Assembly: GCA_043778625.1 (NCBI GenBank)
Contig: JAYWFU010000147.1
Coordinates: 31,516-95,515, forward strand
Direction of reading: 5' to 3'
DNA: 64,000 nt
Source of the DNA: Bacteroidia bacterium
GTDB lineage: Bacteria > Bacteroidota > Bacteroidia > UBA4408
Part shown: positions 10,272 through 21,272 of the stretch, piece after piece
Layout: every line of letters starts with the position of its first letter
How positions within the stretch are numbered: position 1 is the first letter of the stretch
The notes under the pieces: generated by a model
Databases searched by the model: none
What the model saw: the letters and a program-made list of their open reading frames with translations, nothing else
What the model was told of the DNA's origin: nothing
Program-made: the position numbers and the translations under genes

Positions 10272-11024
10272 TTATATACAAATATTAGCGTACTCGTAGG
10301 CTAATAATGTAGCAATTAAATTACCGTTAACCGTTTTACCCTCGTTGCCCTCGTTGCATACTAACAAAGAATTGTAGCGTGAGTAGTATTCCTTTTTACT
10401 GTAATGTTGCGGAGCGCAAATATTGTAAGTACCGTAGACAATACGCGTTAATAGTGCTTGTGTTATTAATGCTACTACATCAGTGCCTAGTACCAAATTT
10501 ACAGGCTTATTACTATTATCAATACTTCCTTTTTTAAAAAAAATACTTGGATGTCGAGCTGTAGCACCTATTAATCCAGCTAGCCTAAACATATAGTGGT
10601 TACTAAACTGTTGTTGTATGTACTGCTCGGTAGTGGTAATAGCAGTATTATTTAACGCCGTACTTGCCTCAGTGTGCACTTCATTATTGTTTTGATATAC
10701 TGATATACTACTTGTAAACACTACGCAATTTACGGCTTGCAATGCCTCTACAATAGTACTTAATGCAGTAGTGTAATGTATTGTTTGGCAGGCACTTGGT
10801 GGCAATGTATATATTAAATAATCAATAGCTACACCTGCAAACTGAGCATAATCATTGGCTGAATTCGCATCAAATTGTAGCGCATTTATCCCTTGCTGTT
10901 GCAGTTCGGTAAGCTTGCTAGCCTGCGTAGTAGTTACCGTTACATGGTAGTTGTGCTGTTGCAACCGTTGTGCTAATGGTAATCCAATAAAACCACTACC
11001 AATTATTAATACTGTTTTTTGCAT
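10272..11024 (-). CDS. NAD(P)-binding Rossmann-fold protein (SDR/epimerase-like)
   Basis: N-terminal VLIIGSGFIGLPLAQRL dinucleotide-binding motif. Confidence 0.6.
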   Translation of the reverse strand: MQKTVLIIGSGFIGLPLAQRLQQHNYHVTVTTTQASKLTELQQQGINALQFDANSANDYAQFAGVAIDYLIYTLPPSACQTIHYTTALSTIVEALQAVNCVVFTSSISVYQNNNEVHTEASTALNNTAITTTEQYIQQQFSNHYMFRLAGLIGATARHPSIFFKKGSIDNSNKPVNLVLGTDVVALITQALLTRIVYGTYNICAPQHYSKKEYYSRYNSLLVCNEGNEGKTVNGNLIATLLAYEYANICI

Positions 11025-11029
11025 TAGCG

Positions 11030-11893
11030 TTAATCTACAATTGTTTTAACTATTCCTACCTTAAACATTGCTCCGTACAGTGTTTCAGTCCACATATTAC
11101 CTTTATTGTCCACAGCATATTTTATTCCGTTGTAAACATAATACCATTGATATTGCTTATTGTTAGATGTTTCCTTAGCACCTATAACAATTGCTTTTCC
11201 GGTATTATCATACCAAAGAATTCTATTTTTATCATCAACAAAATAAATATTTTCATCATCGTTAAACATACATTTAAGCAATAATGTAGTGGTAATGGTA
11301 GCTAATTTCGACTCTTTAAAATTAGCTATGGACTGCTGTTGCGCTTCGTACCAACCATTGGTTACCGCTATTAAGCGTATAGCTATTGGCGGGTGTTTAA
11401 TGGTATCCATAGAGGTGTTTACACTTTGTAAAGCCAACTGTGCATCGTGCAAAGTAGCCCCCATTTTTTGTAAAATAAACCCCGAAAATTTATCCGCACT
11501 TAATTCATCTCCTGGGTTTAGTTTGTTGTTTTGTATGGTATGCCCACATAAGTGATGCCCTAATTCATGCGCTATAATACTTACTGTAGCCCAATCGTTA
11601 TTGGTTTTATTATTTATTTTTTTGATGAATTCAGGATTGTAACCAATGTATCTTTTTCCATTTTTAACAAAAGAAACTGCGGTACTCACATTGGCGGAAA
11701 CTATAGTAATATTAGGGGTTAAGCCTGTATACTTTAATATTTGGTTAATGGCTTGTTTGGCTTTTTGATCGGGTTCAAAATTAACTAATTCAGTAAATGT
11801 AATACTATCACTAACTACAAATGCCATATTATTTTGTGACACTATTTGATTACTAATTACTACACAACTACTAATAATAAAAAATAATTTCAT
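11030..11893 (-). CDS. secreted putative zinc metalloprotease (HExxH)
   Basis: Signal peptide; IIAHELGHHLCGH zinc-binding motif. Confidence 0.45.
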   Translation of the reverse strand: MKLFFIISSCVVISNQIVSQNNMAFVVSDSITFTELVNFEPDQKAKQAINQILKYTGLTPNITIVSANVSTAVSFVKNGKRYIGYNPEFIKKINNKTNNDWATVSIIAHELGHHLCGHTIQNNKLNPGDELSADKFSGFILQKMGATLHDAQLALQSVNTSMDTIKHPPIAIRLIAVTNGWYEAQQQSIANFKESKLATITTTLLLKCMFNDDENIYFVDDKNRILWYDNTGKAIVIGAKETSNNKQYQWYYVYNGIKYAVDNKGNMWTETLYGAMFKVGIVKTIVD

Positions 11894-11908
11894 ACGCTAA
11901 ATAAAATA

Positions 11909-13174
11909 TTAAACCTTTAATACATAATTGCCTACCACGCATTGTAAGCATTGCTTGTGCGTACACTTATTTTTGTACAATTGTATTAATGCCTGCGATT
12001 GTGCTGCATCATTGGGTTGCACGTGTGCTTGTGTAAAGCAAGTTATAATACTGTTTTTTTCGGGAGCAATGGCACACAACCAATTATAGGCTTTTTCTTT
12101 AGCGGGTTCGCTTTGGGTGTAATTACCATAAGCAAACAATAACGGCACTACTGTATTAATAAGTATGGTATTAATAGTACTTGTTCCCAAGCCCTTTATT
12201 CGCACACTACTTGGCACACCTAACTGATAATGCGTAAGCCAATATGCACTAGGTTCTACATCAAATAATGGGTAACATTGTTTAACACTGAGAGCTTCAA
12301 TTAATTGTGAAAACAAATGTGTAGCTCCGTGTATTATACTTGCCAGTTGCGCCAAACGCACTGTAGGAAAGTGTGCTGGGCGCAGGCGCATATATTTCCA
12401 TACACTTGCTTCGAGGGGTTGGAGTTGGTATAAGCTTTTTAAATACGTGTACTCGTTAATTAATTGTGCGTGATAGCCATCAGCAGTAGTAGCACGAGGT
12501 GTTAAAAACCCAGCTTGCCCTAATAATAATGCTTCCAGCTGTAATAAATTGTTTTTGTGTTTGGTTAATAATTGCACATCAATACTTTGTGCTAGTAATT
12601 GAAACGCATCGCTATTGATGGGCGCACCCAAGGCTCGGCACAAATAAATAAAAAATGTTTGCTCCCAATTGTTATTATTACGCGTGAGGGTAGTTTCAAT
12701 ATCGTGTACTTTAGTACTCAGGCGTTCAATGGTTAATGACTCTAAATAAGTGTTAAGTAAGTGTTGCGGCACAGTGCTTATTTGAGCAGCGCATAACAAC
12801 TTATTTTGTGTCATTAATTGTTCGTACTTGGCCTCAACACCTCTGTTTAAGAGATGTTTCAGTTCTACTGTTTCTACATTGTGTAGTGCTATGTCTTTAT
12901 CGTTATTAAGCACAACGTGTAGTATTATATTATTATAGACAGGGTTGTGTTGATGCTGGTGTTTGAGGTAATCGCTAGCATTAATGTGCAACTCCACATT
13001 GCCTACTAGGGTTACGTTGTCAATAATTAATTGTGCGTTACTAAAATCAGGCCCTGCGTTGGTGTTGTGTGTACCTACTTTAAGCACCTGCACTGGCAAA
13101 CCTGTAATAGTGAGTAATTGAGCACTATTATAGAGCTGATGTTGCCAAATATAGTGGAGTAATAATTCAGTCAT
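11909..13174 (-). CDS. DUF2851 family protein
   Basis: Characteristic N-terminus ELLLHYIWQHQL; 421 aa, typical of Bacteroidota DUF2851. Confidence 0.75.
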   Translation of the reverse strand: MTELLLHYIWQHQLYNSAQLLTITGLPVQVLKVGTHNTNAGPDFSNAQLIIDNVTLVGNVELHINASDYLKHQHQHNPVYNNIILHVVLNNDKDIALHNVETVELKHLLNRGVEAKYEQLMTQNKLLCAAQISTVPQHLLNTYLESLTIERLSTKVHDIETTLTRNNNNWEQTFFIYLCRALGAPINSDAFQLLAQSIDVQLLTKHKNNLLQLEALLLGQAGFLTPRATTADGYHAQLINEYTYLKSLYQLQPLEASVWKYMRLRPAHFPTVRLAQLASIIHGATHLFSQLIEALSVKQCYPLFDVEPSAYWLTHYQLGVPSSVRIKGLGTSTINTILINTVVPLLFAYGNYTQSEPAKEKAYNWLCAIAPEKNSIITCFTQAHVQPNDAAQSQALIQLYKNKCTHKQCLQCVVGNYVLKV

Positions 13175-13200
13175 ATTATAATAATGTAGTGCGTTATTTT

Positions 13201-14772
13201 TTACTTAACTATTATAATATTTTGATAACTTAATTTATTTTGAATTACCCAGTTTTTTAAATTAATACTATCAGGAATACTCCAATAAGGTGCAAAACCT
13301 GGTGGAGCGCTCGATGAATAACCATTAATAGATTTAATGCCTAACGCTTGTGCAACCATCATTCCGTCAGCTTGTACAGCCTCTGAGTTATCTATTACGG
13401 TAGGGGTATAGGCCAATATACTATTAGGTGTAATACTTTGTAAGTTTATTTTTTGTTGTATCGCTATCTGTCTGTTTTGTACCGCTTGCTTATCAATACG
13501 AATAAAATTTTCTTGGTGTACTAGTTGCTCCAACAATATCACTAATGCTAATAAAGTTATCCATACATAATTATAACGTTTTGTTTCTAAATAATTAAAC
13601 AACGGAACAATACATAATGCGAATAATAACAGTAGCGGGAAAACAATACGCGTTACCGATTTCAAGGCCGAAAAACCAGGCACTACTTGGCGTATGTAAT
13701 TGTAAAAACTAAAATCGTTAACTAAGGTTGTAGTAATAATTATAATTACACAACTGAATGCAATATTATAATACAAATTATTCTTGTTGTTAAAAAATTC
13801 GTAGTTAAAAAAACGAGCAATTATAATTAATAGCAATGCAAATAATACAACGCCTCCTGGAAATAAAAAGTGCTCCCAAAAAACAGGGAGGTTAGTACCC
13901 ACGTTAGTTAAAAAGCCCCAGAAATAACTCCCATTGTAGGCAAACAAGTACGAATTTAAACGCGGTACACAATCTTTAATCGTATCAAAACTACGCATAC
14001 CTACTAAATTACTACTTTGCAAATAATGCGTTAGTAAAGGATAAATTAACACTATATTAATGGCTATAGCAATGGCTATTTTGTAATGCTCTGTTTTAAC
14101 AAAATGAATAATAGAGGCATATAATTTTTTATTTACGATAGTAACTATAGTAAAAATTAAGAGGCTGTAAAAAGATAGAAAACCTAAATATACTCCGCAA
14201 TAAATTTGAAACACAATAGCTAGCATAAATAAGAAAAAATGTTTTATTTTGAAATCAGTTAAAAACAGCACTAACAAATAAAATGCTATTGGAAATATAA
14301 AGCGCGGCATTAATTGGCTGTGATTAGCCTGCGCTATAACTGGCATAGCAAATGCAAAAATAAATGCTACCAAAGCGCTACTGTAAATTTTGTTGCCTAG
14401 CTTAATACTTGCATAAAAACAACCTAAATAATTTAATGCAAATAAACTTATAAACCATAATTGCAGACTTGTTTCGCAATCAAACTTAACTACACGCCAT
14501 AAGGCATACAGAGGCATTGTGCCTACTAAATTTTCGGATAGAGCCAAAGTGTTTTTAGCGGGAAACATAAATGGTGCGTCCCAAAACGAACCATTATTTA
14601 AAAATAAGGATTGGTAACCGTGCTCCAAAAAATAATTTATTAATCGGGTATCGCCTAAGTCGCCAGGTAAGTATTTGTAATCGTAGCCTACTATGCCAAA
14701 TGCAAAAAAGTGCATACCATATAGCAGTACTATAACTGCAAAAATGTACTGTAGTGTTTTATTATTAATCAT
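13201..14772 (-). CDS. polytopic integral membrane protein (possible GT-C-like glycosyltransferase)
   Basis: 523 aa with >10 hydrophobic helices; immediately upstream of a methyltransferase and a GT2 gene. Confidence 0.4.
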   Translation of the reverse strand: MINNKTLQYIFAVIVLLYGMHFFAFGIVGYDYKYLPGDLGDTRLINYFLEHGYQSLFLNNGSFWDAPFMFPAKNTLALSENLVGTMPLYALWRVVKFDCETSLQLWFISLFALNYLGCFYASIKLGNKIYSSALVAFIFAFAMPVIAQANHSQLMPRFIFPIAFYLLVLFLTDFKIKHFFLFMLAIVFQIYCGVYLGFLSFYSLLIFTIVTIVNKKLYASIIHFVKTEHYKIAIAIAINIVLIYPLLTHYLQSSNLVGMRSFDTIKDCVPRLNSYLFAYNGSYFWGFLTNVGTNLPVFWEHFLFPGGVVLFALLLIIIARFFNYEFFNNKNNLYYNIAFSCVIIIITTTLVNDFSFYNYIRQVVPGFSALKSVTRIVFPLLLLFALCIVPLFNYLETKRYNYVWITLLALVILLEQLVHQENFIRIDKQAVQNRQIAIQQKINLQSITPNSILAYTPTVIDNSEAVQADGMMVAQALGIKSINGYSSSAPPGFAPYWSIPDSINLKNWVIQNKLSYQNIIIVK

Positions 14773-14787
14773 TTGCTACGTAATATT

Positions 14788-15525
14788 TTATTTTTGAGCT
14801 ACGGTAATTACTGACAAACCAACGGTGTTAAACAGTACTTTATCTACCAATTTAAAAATAGGCACTAAAGCATTGTACAGTTTCATTTGGCCTGCTGGTA
14901 TTGAGTCATTTTTTTGTAATTTACCTGATACGTACCAACCCAAAATACCAGCACAATTAAAATATTGGCTGCGCGTTATAGCAAGTTTATTATTGGTAAA
15001 TAGCGTATTGAGTGATGTTTTATTATAACGACGGTAGTGCTCAAGCGATTTATCAAACTGATTATATAGCGCTTGGTATGCAGGCACAAGTATTATTAAA
15101 TTACCGCCTTGTTTTAATAGTTTTTTTGCATTGGCAATAGCTAAGTTATCATCGTTAATATGTTCTACAACATTTAGTGCAAACACTGTTTGATAGCTAT
15201 TTAAACTTGAAGCGTATTTTTGTTCAAAGTCGTCCGCAACCAAATCCATGTTTTGTATTGCGTTTACGTAAGTATTATTTTTAAATTTTTGACGAAGTCT
15301 ATCGCAGTAGTTTTCTCTAATATCAGTGAGTGTTATTTGAAATTTATCATCAACAAAAAATTGAGAAATATTACCAATCCCACTTCCTATCTCAAGTACA
15401 TTACCAGTGCAGTAGGGCTTTATGGTTTCATACATCCAATTATTAAACTTGTGCGACTCGGCTATTACATCCAAAATCTCCATACCCTCAGCATCTACTA
15501 TTTTAAAATCAAAGTTATCGTTCAT
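14788..15525 (-). CDS. class I SAM-dependent methyltransferase
   Basis: Motif I VLEIGSGIGNIS; 245 aa. Confidence 0.8.
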   Translation of the reverse strand: MNDNFDFKIVDAEGMEILDVIAESHKFNNWMYETIKPYCTGNVLEIGSGIGNISQFFVDDKFQITLTDIRENYCDRLRQKFKNNTYVNAIQNMDLVADDFEQKYASSLNSYQTVFALNVVEHINDDNLAIANAKKLLKQGGNLIILVPAYQALYNQFDKSLEHYRRYNKTSLNTLFTNNKLAITRSQYFNCAGILGWYVSGKLQKNDSIPAGQMKLYNALVPIFKLVDKVLFNTVGLSVITVAQK

Positions 15526-15548
15526 TAGTGTTTTCTTTTTGAGTAGTA

Positions 15549-16268
15549 TTAGTTGAATAGATTATACTTGAGTATGCAATAAATGGCTCTAAAGCCGTCC
15601 TTCCATGATATTTTTTTGCCCTCTTCAAAAGTTCTTCCATAATACGAAATACCTACTTCGTAAATTCTTATATTGGGTATACGTGCTATTTTGGCGGTTA
15701 CTTCGGGCTCAAAGCCAAATCTATTTTCTTTTAATTGGATGCCTTGTATAATATCGGTTCTAAATAATTTGTAACAGGTTTCCATATCTGTTAAGTTTAA
15801 ATTAGAAAACATGTTTGACAAAAATGTTAAAAATTTATTGCCCAACGTGTGCCAAAAAAACAGAATACGATGTGGTTTTCCTCCACTAAATCGTGAGCCA
15901 AATACTACATCGGCCACACCATTTACTACTGGTTTTAATAATATATTATACTCCTCGGGGTCGTACTCTAGGTCGGCGTCCTGTATTATTAAGTATTGCC
16001 CAGTGGCTTTACTAATACCTGTATGTAAAGCCGCCCCCTTGCCTTTATTGGTGGGATGTACGTAATACTCAATAGCTAAATCGGGGTTGTTGCTAATATA
16101 GTTCTCAATAGCGCCCTTGGTATCGTCGGTGGAGCAATCGTTTACTAATATTACTTGTTTGGCAATACCATTTATTAGTTGTACTTTTTTTACTTTATTG
16201 AGTATTAAATGAATTGTTTTTTCCTCGTTATACACAGGTATTACAATAGATAGCAATTGTATTGGCAT
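15549..16268 (-). CDS. family 2 glycosyltransferase (Dpm1-like)
   Basis: [10 protein letters not shown]-terminus, DADL/ED motifs. Confidence 0.85.
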   Translation of the reverse strand: MPIQLLSIVIPVYNEEKTIHLILNKVKKVQLINGIAKQVILVNDCSTDDTKGAIENYISNNPDLAIEYYVHPTNKGKGAALHTGISKATGQYLIIQDADLEYDPEEYNILLKPVVNGVADVVFGSRFSGGKPHRILFFWHTLGNKFLTFLSNMFSNLNLTDMETCYKLFRTDIIQGIQLKENRFGFEPEVTAKIARIPNIRIYEVGISYYGRTFEEGKKISWKDGFRAIYCILKYNLFN

Positions 16269-16646
16269 AGTTTAAAATTAAGTATTACACAGATAGGTGG
16301 ATAAATATAATAAAATATTAATATTATGAGTGGTATAATTAATATTGCAAGCAAACTATTTGATAAATACAATGCCTAGGTTGTTGATATAAATAGTCAA
16401 ATCATCTCTCATTATATAATTGATGATCATAGGCTTACTCAAACTACATAAGACACCAAAATTAGTAACCCTAGAAACTAGTAAAAAAGATATACTACTT
16501 ACAACTAATAGTAGTATTCATAACTGAAGAAAAATCAATTATAATTTTTATGCAGCTAGAACTAATAAATAATAGAGGTGTAATAACTTCATAAAAAAAA
16601 TAGTCTGCCTAACACCTAACGTAAGTTTATAATAAAGCTATTAACG

Positions 16647-16946
16647 TTACACTAATTCTAACACCGTTCTAAAGGCCGAAAATTTATCGCCAAATTTATC
16701 TTTGCCTTGTTGTTGTAATAATGGTGCGTATAGTTGCTTGTATTCGTTGAGGTTAGCGTCGCTTTCGCAGGTATATTGCGCACTATAAGTAGTGCCTTGG
16801 GCTTCATCTACACGTACTTTAAATAAGTGGTATGCTGTAAATTGCCCAGTAGCAAGTACCGCAGGCATGTGCTCACTTTTCATCCATTGGAGCCATTGTT
16901 GGCATATATCATCATCTACGTTTACAGTTACGTTGTATATTAGCAT
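16647..16946 (-). CDS. DUF4286 family protein
   Basis: 99 aa; MLIYNVTVNVDDDICQQWLQWMKSEHMP matches DUF4286 N-terminus. Confidence 0.6.
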   Translation of the reverse strand: MLIYNVTVNVDDDICQQWLQWMKSEHMPAVLATGQFTAYHLFKVRVDEAQGTTYSAQYTCESDANLNEYKQLYAPLLQQQGKDKFGDKFSAFRTVLELV

Positions 16947-17046
16947 AGTAGTATTAAATTTTAACGTGTTAATTTTTTTACAAAAACAACAACTATTAAT
17001 TACCTAAGCAATTAATAGTTGTTAAAGTTATTGGTGGGGTAGTTGG

Positions 17047-17397
17047 TTATTTACGTCCTCCGCCTTTTGAGCCCGAGTTTTTCTTTTGAAAACGTTTAAA
17101 GAACTTCTCCATACGTGTATGTGGTGCTCTGCCCTCGTTAATGCGACGCGATTTCTTTGCATCCATACGCATCATTTTACGTGCCGACGCCGATTGACGG
17201 CGCATGAAACCTCTATAATTTTTTTCTTGGTTATTTTTTATTTGAGCACGAGTAATCGATTTCTCTTTGCCTGCGTTTAACTGATTCAAATTTTCGGTAT
17301 CCATACGTTGTGCTTTGGCGGTACTAACGCTTAACACAACTCCTACACTAAGAGTTAAAACAGATTTGGTAATGATTGATGTAAATAATGTTGCCAT
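17047..17397 (-). CDS. hypothetical secreted basic (K/R-rich) protein
   Basis: Signal peptide then highly basic low-complexity sequence. Confidence 0.4.
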   Translation of the reverse strand: MATLFTSIITKSVLTLSVGVVLSVSTAKAQRMDTENLNQLNAGKEKSITRAQIKNNQEKNYRGFMRRQSASARKMMRMDAKKSRRINEGRAPHTRMEKFFKRFQKKNSGSKGGGRK

Positions 17398-17473
17398 TGA
17401 GTTTTAAATAATGCCTAATGTTTATTTTTATATCATGCTAAAATAGTTGCAGAAAGCATTAGTTTTGTGGTAA

Positions 17474-17893
17474 ATGATTAAAATAATAAAATACTTTTTA
17501 ACAATTTGTAGTGCCTTGCTAATGAGCTGTAGCAAGCCTAGCCAAAGCATACCCTACGTAAGCGTTAATATTACTATATACCCGAGCACACCACAATATT
17601 ACAAGTTAAATTCGGTGAGCGGTTGGCAGTATGTGAGCGGTGGTGTTAACGGCATAATTGTGTACCGAAAAGATGTAAACGAGTTTATAGCCTACGAGCG
17701 TACCTCCACCTACGAGCCTACCCAAAACTGTGTGTGCGCAGTAGATACCAGCAATAACGTAGTGGTGCAAGACCCTTGTAGTGGGTCTAAATTTTTGCTC
17801 ACCGATGGTAGTACTATACAAGGCCCTGCAAGTAAATATTTGCTACGTTACAGCACCACTTGGGACGGTAACGTATTACGCATTGTTAATTAA
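17474..17893 (+). CDS. hypothetical lipoprotein
   Basis: Lipobox LLMSCS; 139 aa. Confidence 0.5.
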   Translation: MIKIIKYFLTICSALLMSCSKPSQSIPYVSVNITIYPSTPQYYKLNSVSGWQYVSGGVNGIIVYRKDVNEFIAYERTSTYEPTQNCVCAVDTSNNVVVQDPCSGSKFLLTDGSTIQGPASKYLLRYSTTWDGNVLRIVN

Positions 17894-17902
17894 ACCATTA
17901 GC

Positions 17903-18283
17903 GTGAAACAATTACACCCATCACAGTTATTTTTTTTATTCTTGGTAATAAGTACCCTACAATTTACCCCGCTGTTAGCGGCTCAACCGCCTACTGATAG
18001 TGTAGTAACGGCACGTAAATTAGTAGTTAAAAAACGTATTACTGCCGCCCTACTTACTATTACTATGGGGCCATTAGGCGCGCACCGCTTATATTTGGGT
18101 TGCCCAGCACACGTACCTGTAGCCTACGTGGCCACAGTAGGTGGTGGCGTGGGGCTTATACCCGTGTTAGACTTATTTGCCATACTTTTTACCCGAAATT
18201 TTGCGACGCTCCAAAACAATAAGCAAGTGTTTATGTGGATGAAACCTCCACTCCCCAACACTGACACCCTCACCACAAAATAA
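17903..18283 (+). CDS. TM2 domain-containing membrane protein
   Basis: AALLTITMGPLGAHRLYLG...GGGVGLIPVLD pattern typical of TM2 domain. Confidence 0.5.
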   Translation: MKQLHPSQLFFLFLVISTLQFTPLLAAQPPTDSVVTARKLVVKKRITAALLTITMGPLGAHRLYLGCPAHVPVAYVATVGGGVGLIPVLDLFAILFTRNFATLQNNKQVFMWMKPPLPNTDTLTTK

Positions 18284-18324
18284 CCATTAACTTCGCATAA
18301 TTATTTAGCTAAAAAACCATCATT

Positions 18325-19971
18325 ATGACCACTAAATTAATTTATTTTACCCTACTATTTACTACTAGTATTACTACTGTTTTTGCACAGGCACAACCCA
18401 CTAAACGCCCCAAATTAGTGGTGGGTATAGTAGTGGATCAAATGCGGTACGATTACGTGTATAAATACTGGAACAAGTACGGCAATAAGGGGTTTAAACG
18501 CTTAGTAAGCGAGGGTACATTTTGCCAAAACACACACTACAATTATAGCCCAACGGTAACAGCAGCGGGGCATGCAAGTATATTTACAGGCGCAAGCCCA
18601 TCGCAGCACGGCATTGTGGGTAACGATTGGTATAACCGCACTACCAAAAAAAGCATGTATTGCACCGACGATGAAACCGTGCAATGCCTTGGAGGCACTG
18701 AAAAAGCAGGTAAAATGAGCCCTAAAAATATGCTTACCACCACCATTGGCGATGAACTACGTTTAAACCAACAGTTTAACAACAAAGTTATTGGTGTATC
18801 GCTCAAAGATCGCTCCAGCATACTACCCGCAGGGCACACGGCTAATGGAGCCTATTGGTTTGATGGTAAAACGGGTAATTTTATTTCATCTACCCATTAT
18901 ATGGCTAAATTACCAACTTGGGTAGAGGCGTTTAATAACCGTAAATTACCACAAAGCTACATACAACAACCGTGGACAACGCTATTGCCTATTGAACAAT
19001 ATACCGAAAGTACGGCCGATGAAACCAAGTACGAAGAAACCTTAAAAGGCGAAGACAAACCCACCTTCCCACATAACTTGCAAAAAATATACGAAGCTGT
19101 AGGTAGTTACGAAATGCTGCGCCCTACACCGTATGGCAATACTATAGTGCGCGAAATGGCAGTAAGTGCCATTGAAAACGAGCAACTAGGGCGTAACGAA
19201 AACGTAACGGATATGATTACTATTAGTTTTTCGAGTACTGATTATGTGGGGCATCAGTACGGTACTGATGCTATTGAAACCGAAGACACTTACTTGCGGT
19301 TAGACAAAGAATTGGAACTGCTACTTAATTATATTGATGCCACGGTAGGCAAAAAAAACACGCTATTATTTCTCACCGCCGACCACGGCGCAGTGCCTGT
19401 ACCTAACTTGTTGCTAGACAATAAAATACCCGCAGGCTATACCGATGGCGACTACATAATGGACAGTGCTAACAAATACCTAAAACAAAAATTTGGCATA
19501 GGTGATTTAATTGAAGAGGAAGAAAACAATAACCTATACCTTAACCTTGCTACCATTACTAGTAATAATTTGGATATTGATAAAATAGAACTTGAGTTAG
19601 TACGTTTTTTACAACAGCAAGAGGGTATTAAAACCGCGGTTACCAGCCACGATATAGCCACCCTGAGCAACGCTAATTACACCCAAGAAATGATTGCTAA
19701 CGGCTACTATAACAAGCGTAGTGGTAATGTAGTGTTTGCCCTAAATACGGGCTGGTTAACTTATAAAAAGAAAGGCACATCGCACGGTACGCAATACACC
19801 TACGATACCCACGTACCCTTAATTTGGTGGGGAGCTAATGTACCCAAAGCCAAAGCCGATTACGAGCACCATACCATAACTCAAATAGCACCCACGGTAG
19901 CTGCCTACCTAGGTATTGAAAAACCGAACGGAAGCACCGCCAACCCTATACAGGAGGTTTTAAAAAAGTAA
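18325..19971 (+). CDS. alkaline phosphatase family protein (PafA-type / nucleotide pyrophosphatase-phosphodiesterase superfamily)
   Basis: 548 aa, signal peptide, VVGIVVDQMRYDYV metal-binding start, TADHG, conserved His pairs. Confidence 0.8.
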   Translation: MTTKLIYFTLLFTTSITTVFAQAQPTKRPKLVVGIVVDQMRYDYVYKYWNKYGNKGFKRLVSEGTFCQNTHYNYSPTVTAAGHASIFTGASPSQHGIVGNDWYNRTTKKSMYCTDDETVQCLGGTEKAGKMSPKNMLTTTIGDELRLNQQFNNKVIGVSLKDRSSILPAGHTANGAYWFDGKTGNFISSTHYMAKLPTWVEAFNNRKLPQSYIQQPWTTLLPIEQYTESTADETKYEETLKGEDKPTFPHNLQKIYEAVGSYEMLRPTPYGNTIVREMAVSAIENEQLGRNENVTDMITISFSSTDYVGHQYGTDAIETEDTYLRLDKELELLLNYIDATVGKKNTLLFLTADHGAVPVPNLLLDNKIPAGYTDGDYIMDSANKYLKQKFGIGDLIEEEENNNLYLNLATITSNNLDIDKIELELVRFLQQQEGIKTAVTSHDIATLSNANYTQEMIANGYYNKRSGNVVFALNTGWLTYKKKGTSHGTQYTYDTHVPLIWWGANVPKAKADYEHHTITQIAPTVAAYLGIEKPNGSTANPIQEVLKK

Positions 19972-19979
19972 ACTATACC

Positions 19980-20771
19980 ATGCAAAACGTAAGAGCAAAA
20001 AAACATTTAGGCCAGCATTTTTTAAAAGATCAAGACGTGGCCTGTGCTATTGTTGATGCGCTTGTGGCAACTACCCAATACAAACACGTACTGGAAATTG
20101 GGCCAGGTATGGGCGTACTTACACAGTTTTTATTACAACACACTGCTAAGTACCAAACGTATGTAATTGATATTGATACGGAATCAGTAAACTATTTGCG
20201 CCAAGCATACGTGAGTACTCCGTTAAAAATTATTGAGGGCGATTTTTTAAAATCGAACCTTTCGGAATTATTGCAATTGCAGGGCAATGAGCAGTTTGCT
20301 GTTATTGGTAACTTTCCGTACAACATATCTACCCAAATAATATTTAAAATATTAGATTACAAAGAGCTAGTGCCTGAGGTGGTAGGTATGTTTCAAAAAG
20401 AAGTAGCTGAGCGTTATGCCGCCAAGCACGGCAACAAAATCTATGGCATTACCAGTGTAATAACGCAAGCGTTTTACGACATTGAATATTTAATGACCAT
20501 TGAACCCATATTGTTTGACCCACCACCCAAGGTAAAATCAGCGGTAATACGCCTAACACGCAAGCCTAACTTAACACTGGCTTGCAACGAAACCTTGTTT
20601 ATTAAAGTAGTAAAAGCGGGCTTTAGCCAACGCCGTAAAACATTGAGTAATGCCTTAAAACAATTAGGAATTAACTATATCAACGTACCCGAAACCACAT
20701 TAAAAAAACGTGCCGAACAGTTAAGTGTAAACGATTTTATTGATCTTACTAACTTGCTTGATAATAAGTAA
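19980..20771 (+). CDS. rsmA: 16S rRNA (adenine1518/1519-N6)-dimethyltransferase
   Basis: HLGQHFL start, VLEIGPGMG SAM motif, NFPYNIST. Confidence 0.9.
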   Translation: MQNVRAKKHLGQHFLKDQDVACAIVDALVATTQYKHVLEIGPGMGVLTQFLLQHTAKYQTYVIDIDTESVNYLRQAYVSTPLKIIEGDFLKSNLSELLQLQGNEQFAVIGNFPYNISTQIIFKILDYKELVPEVVGMFQKEVAERYAAKHGNKIYGITSVITQAFYDIEYLMTIEPILFDPPPKVKSAVIRLTRKPNLTLACNETLFIKVVKAGFSQRRKTLSNALKQLGINYINVPETTLKKRAEQLSVNDFIDLTNLLDNK

Positions 20772-20785
20772 TAGAAACAGATATA

Positions 20786-21262
20786 ATGAATACCCTACTT
20801 ATAGACGAAAAATGTTTGCTCGAAAAATTTGAAATTAAGGGTGGGTGGACATTTACACGCTTACCCAATTTTTTTAAAAATAAGCCATTTAATGAGCGCA
20901 AAGTAAAAGGCACTATTGATGGTTTTGAAATTAGTAAATACCACTTAATGCCAATGGCTAGCGGATATTTGTTTTTGCCTATAAGAGCCGAAATTCGTAA
21001 GGCTATACAAAAACAAGCGGGCAATTATGTACAGGTAACGCTTTACTCTGATAACGACCCGCTAATAATACCCGATGAGTTTGCACTTTGCTTGACTGAT
21101 GTACCAGAGGCTTTGCAGTTTTTTAATAGTATATCTAAAAGTGAACAAAATTTATATATAAAATGGATTTTTTCGGCTAAGCGAGAAGTAACAAAAGTAA
21201 ACCGCTTAACAAAAAGTATTGATAAACTTTCGCGGAAGTTAAAACTATATCAACCCGAATAA
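20786..21262 (+). CDS. DUF1905 / YdeI-OmpD-associated family protein
   Basis: N-terminal DUF1905-like (KGGWTFTRLP...) plus C-terminal bacteriocin-protection-like helix region. Confidence 0.6.
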   Translation: MNTLLIDEKCLLEKFEIKGGWTFTRLPNFFKNKPFNERKVKGTIDGFEISKYHLMPMASGYLFLPIRAEIRKAIQKQAGNYVQVTLYSDNDPLIIPDEFALCLTDVPEALQFFNSISKSEQNLYIKWIFSAKREVTKVNRLTKSIDKLSRKLKLYQPE

Positions 21263-21272
21263 TTAAGCTATC

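Noticed and set aside
16270-16646. Long AT-rich intergenic region between GT2 and DUF4286 genes, inspected for small ORFs, repeats or ncRNA
   Set aside because: No inverted or tandem repeats and no convincing ORF or conserved RNA motif; treated as a promoter-rich spacer
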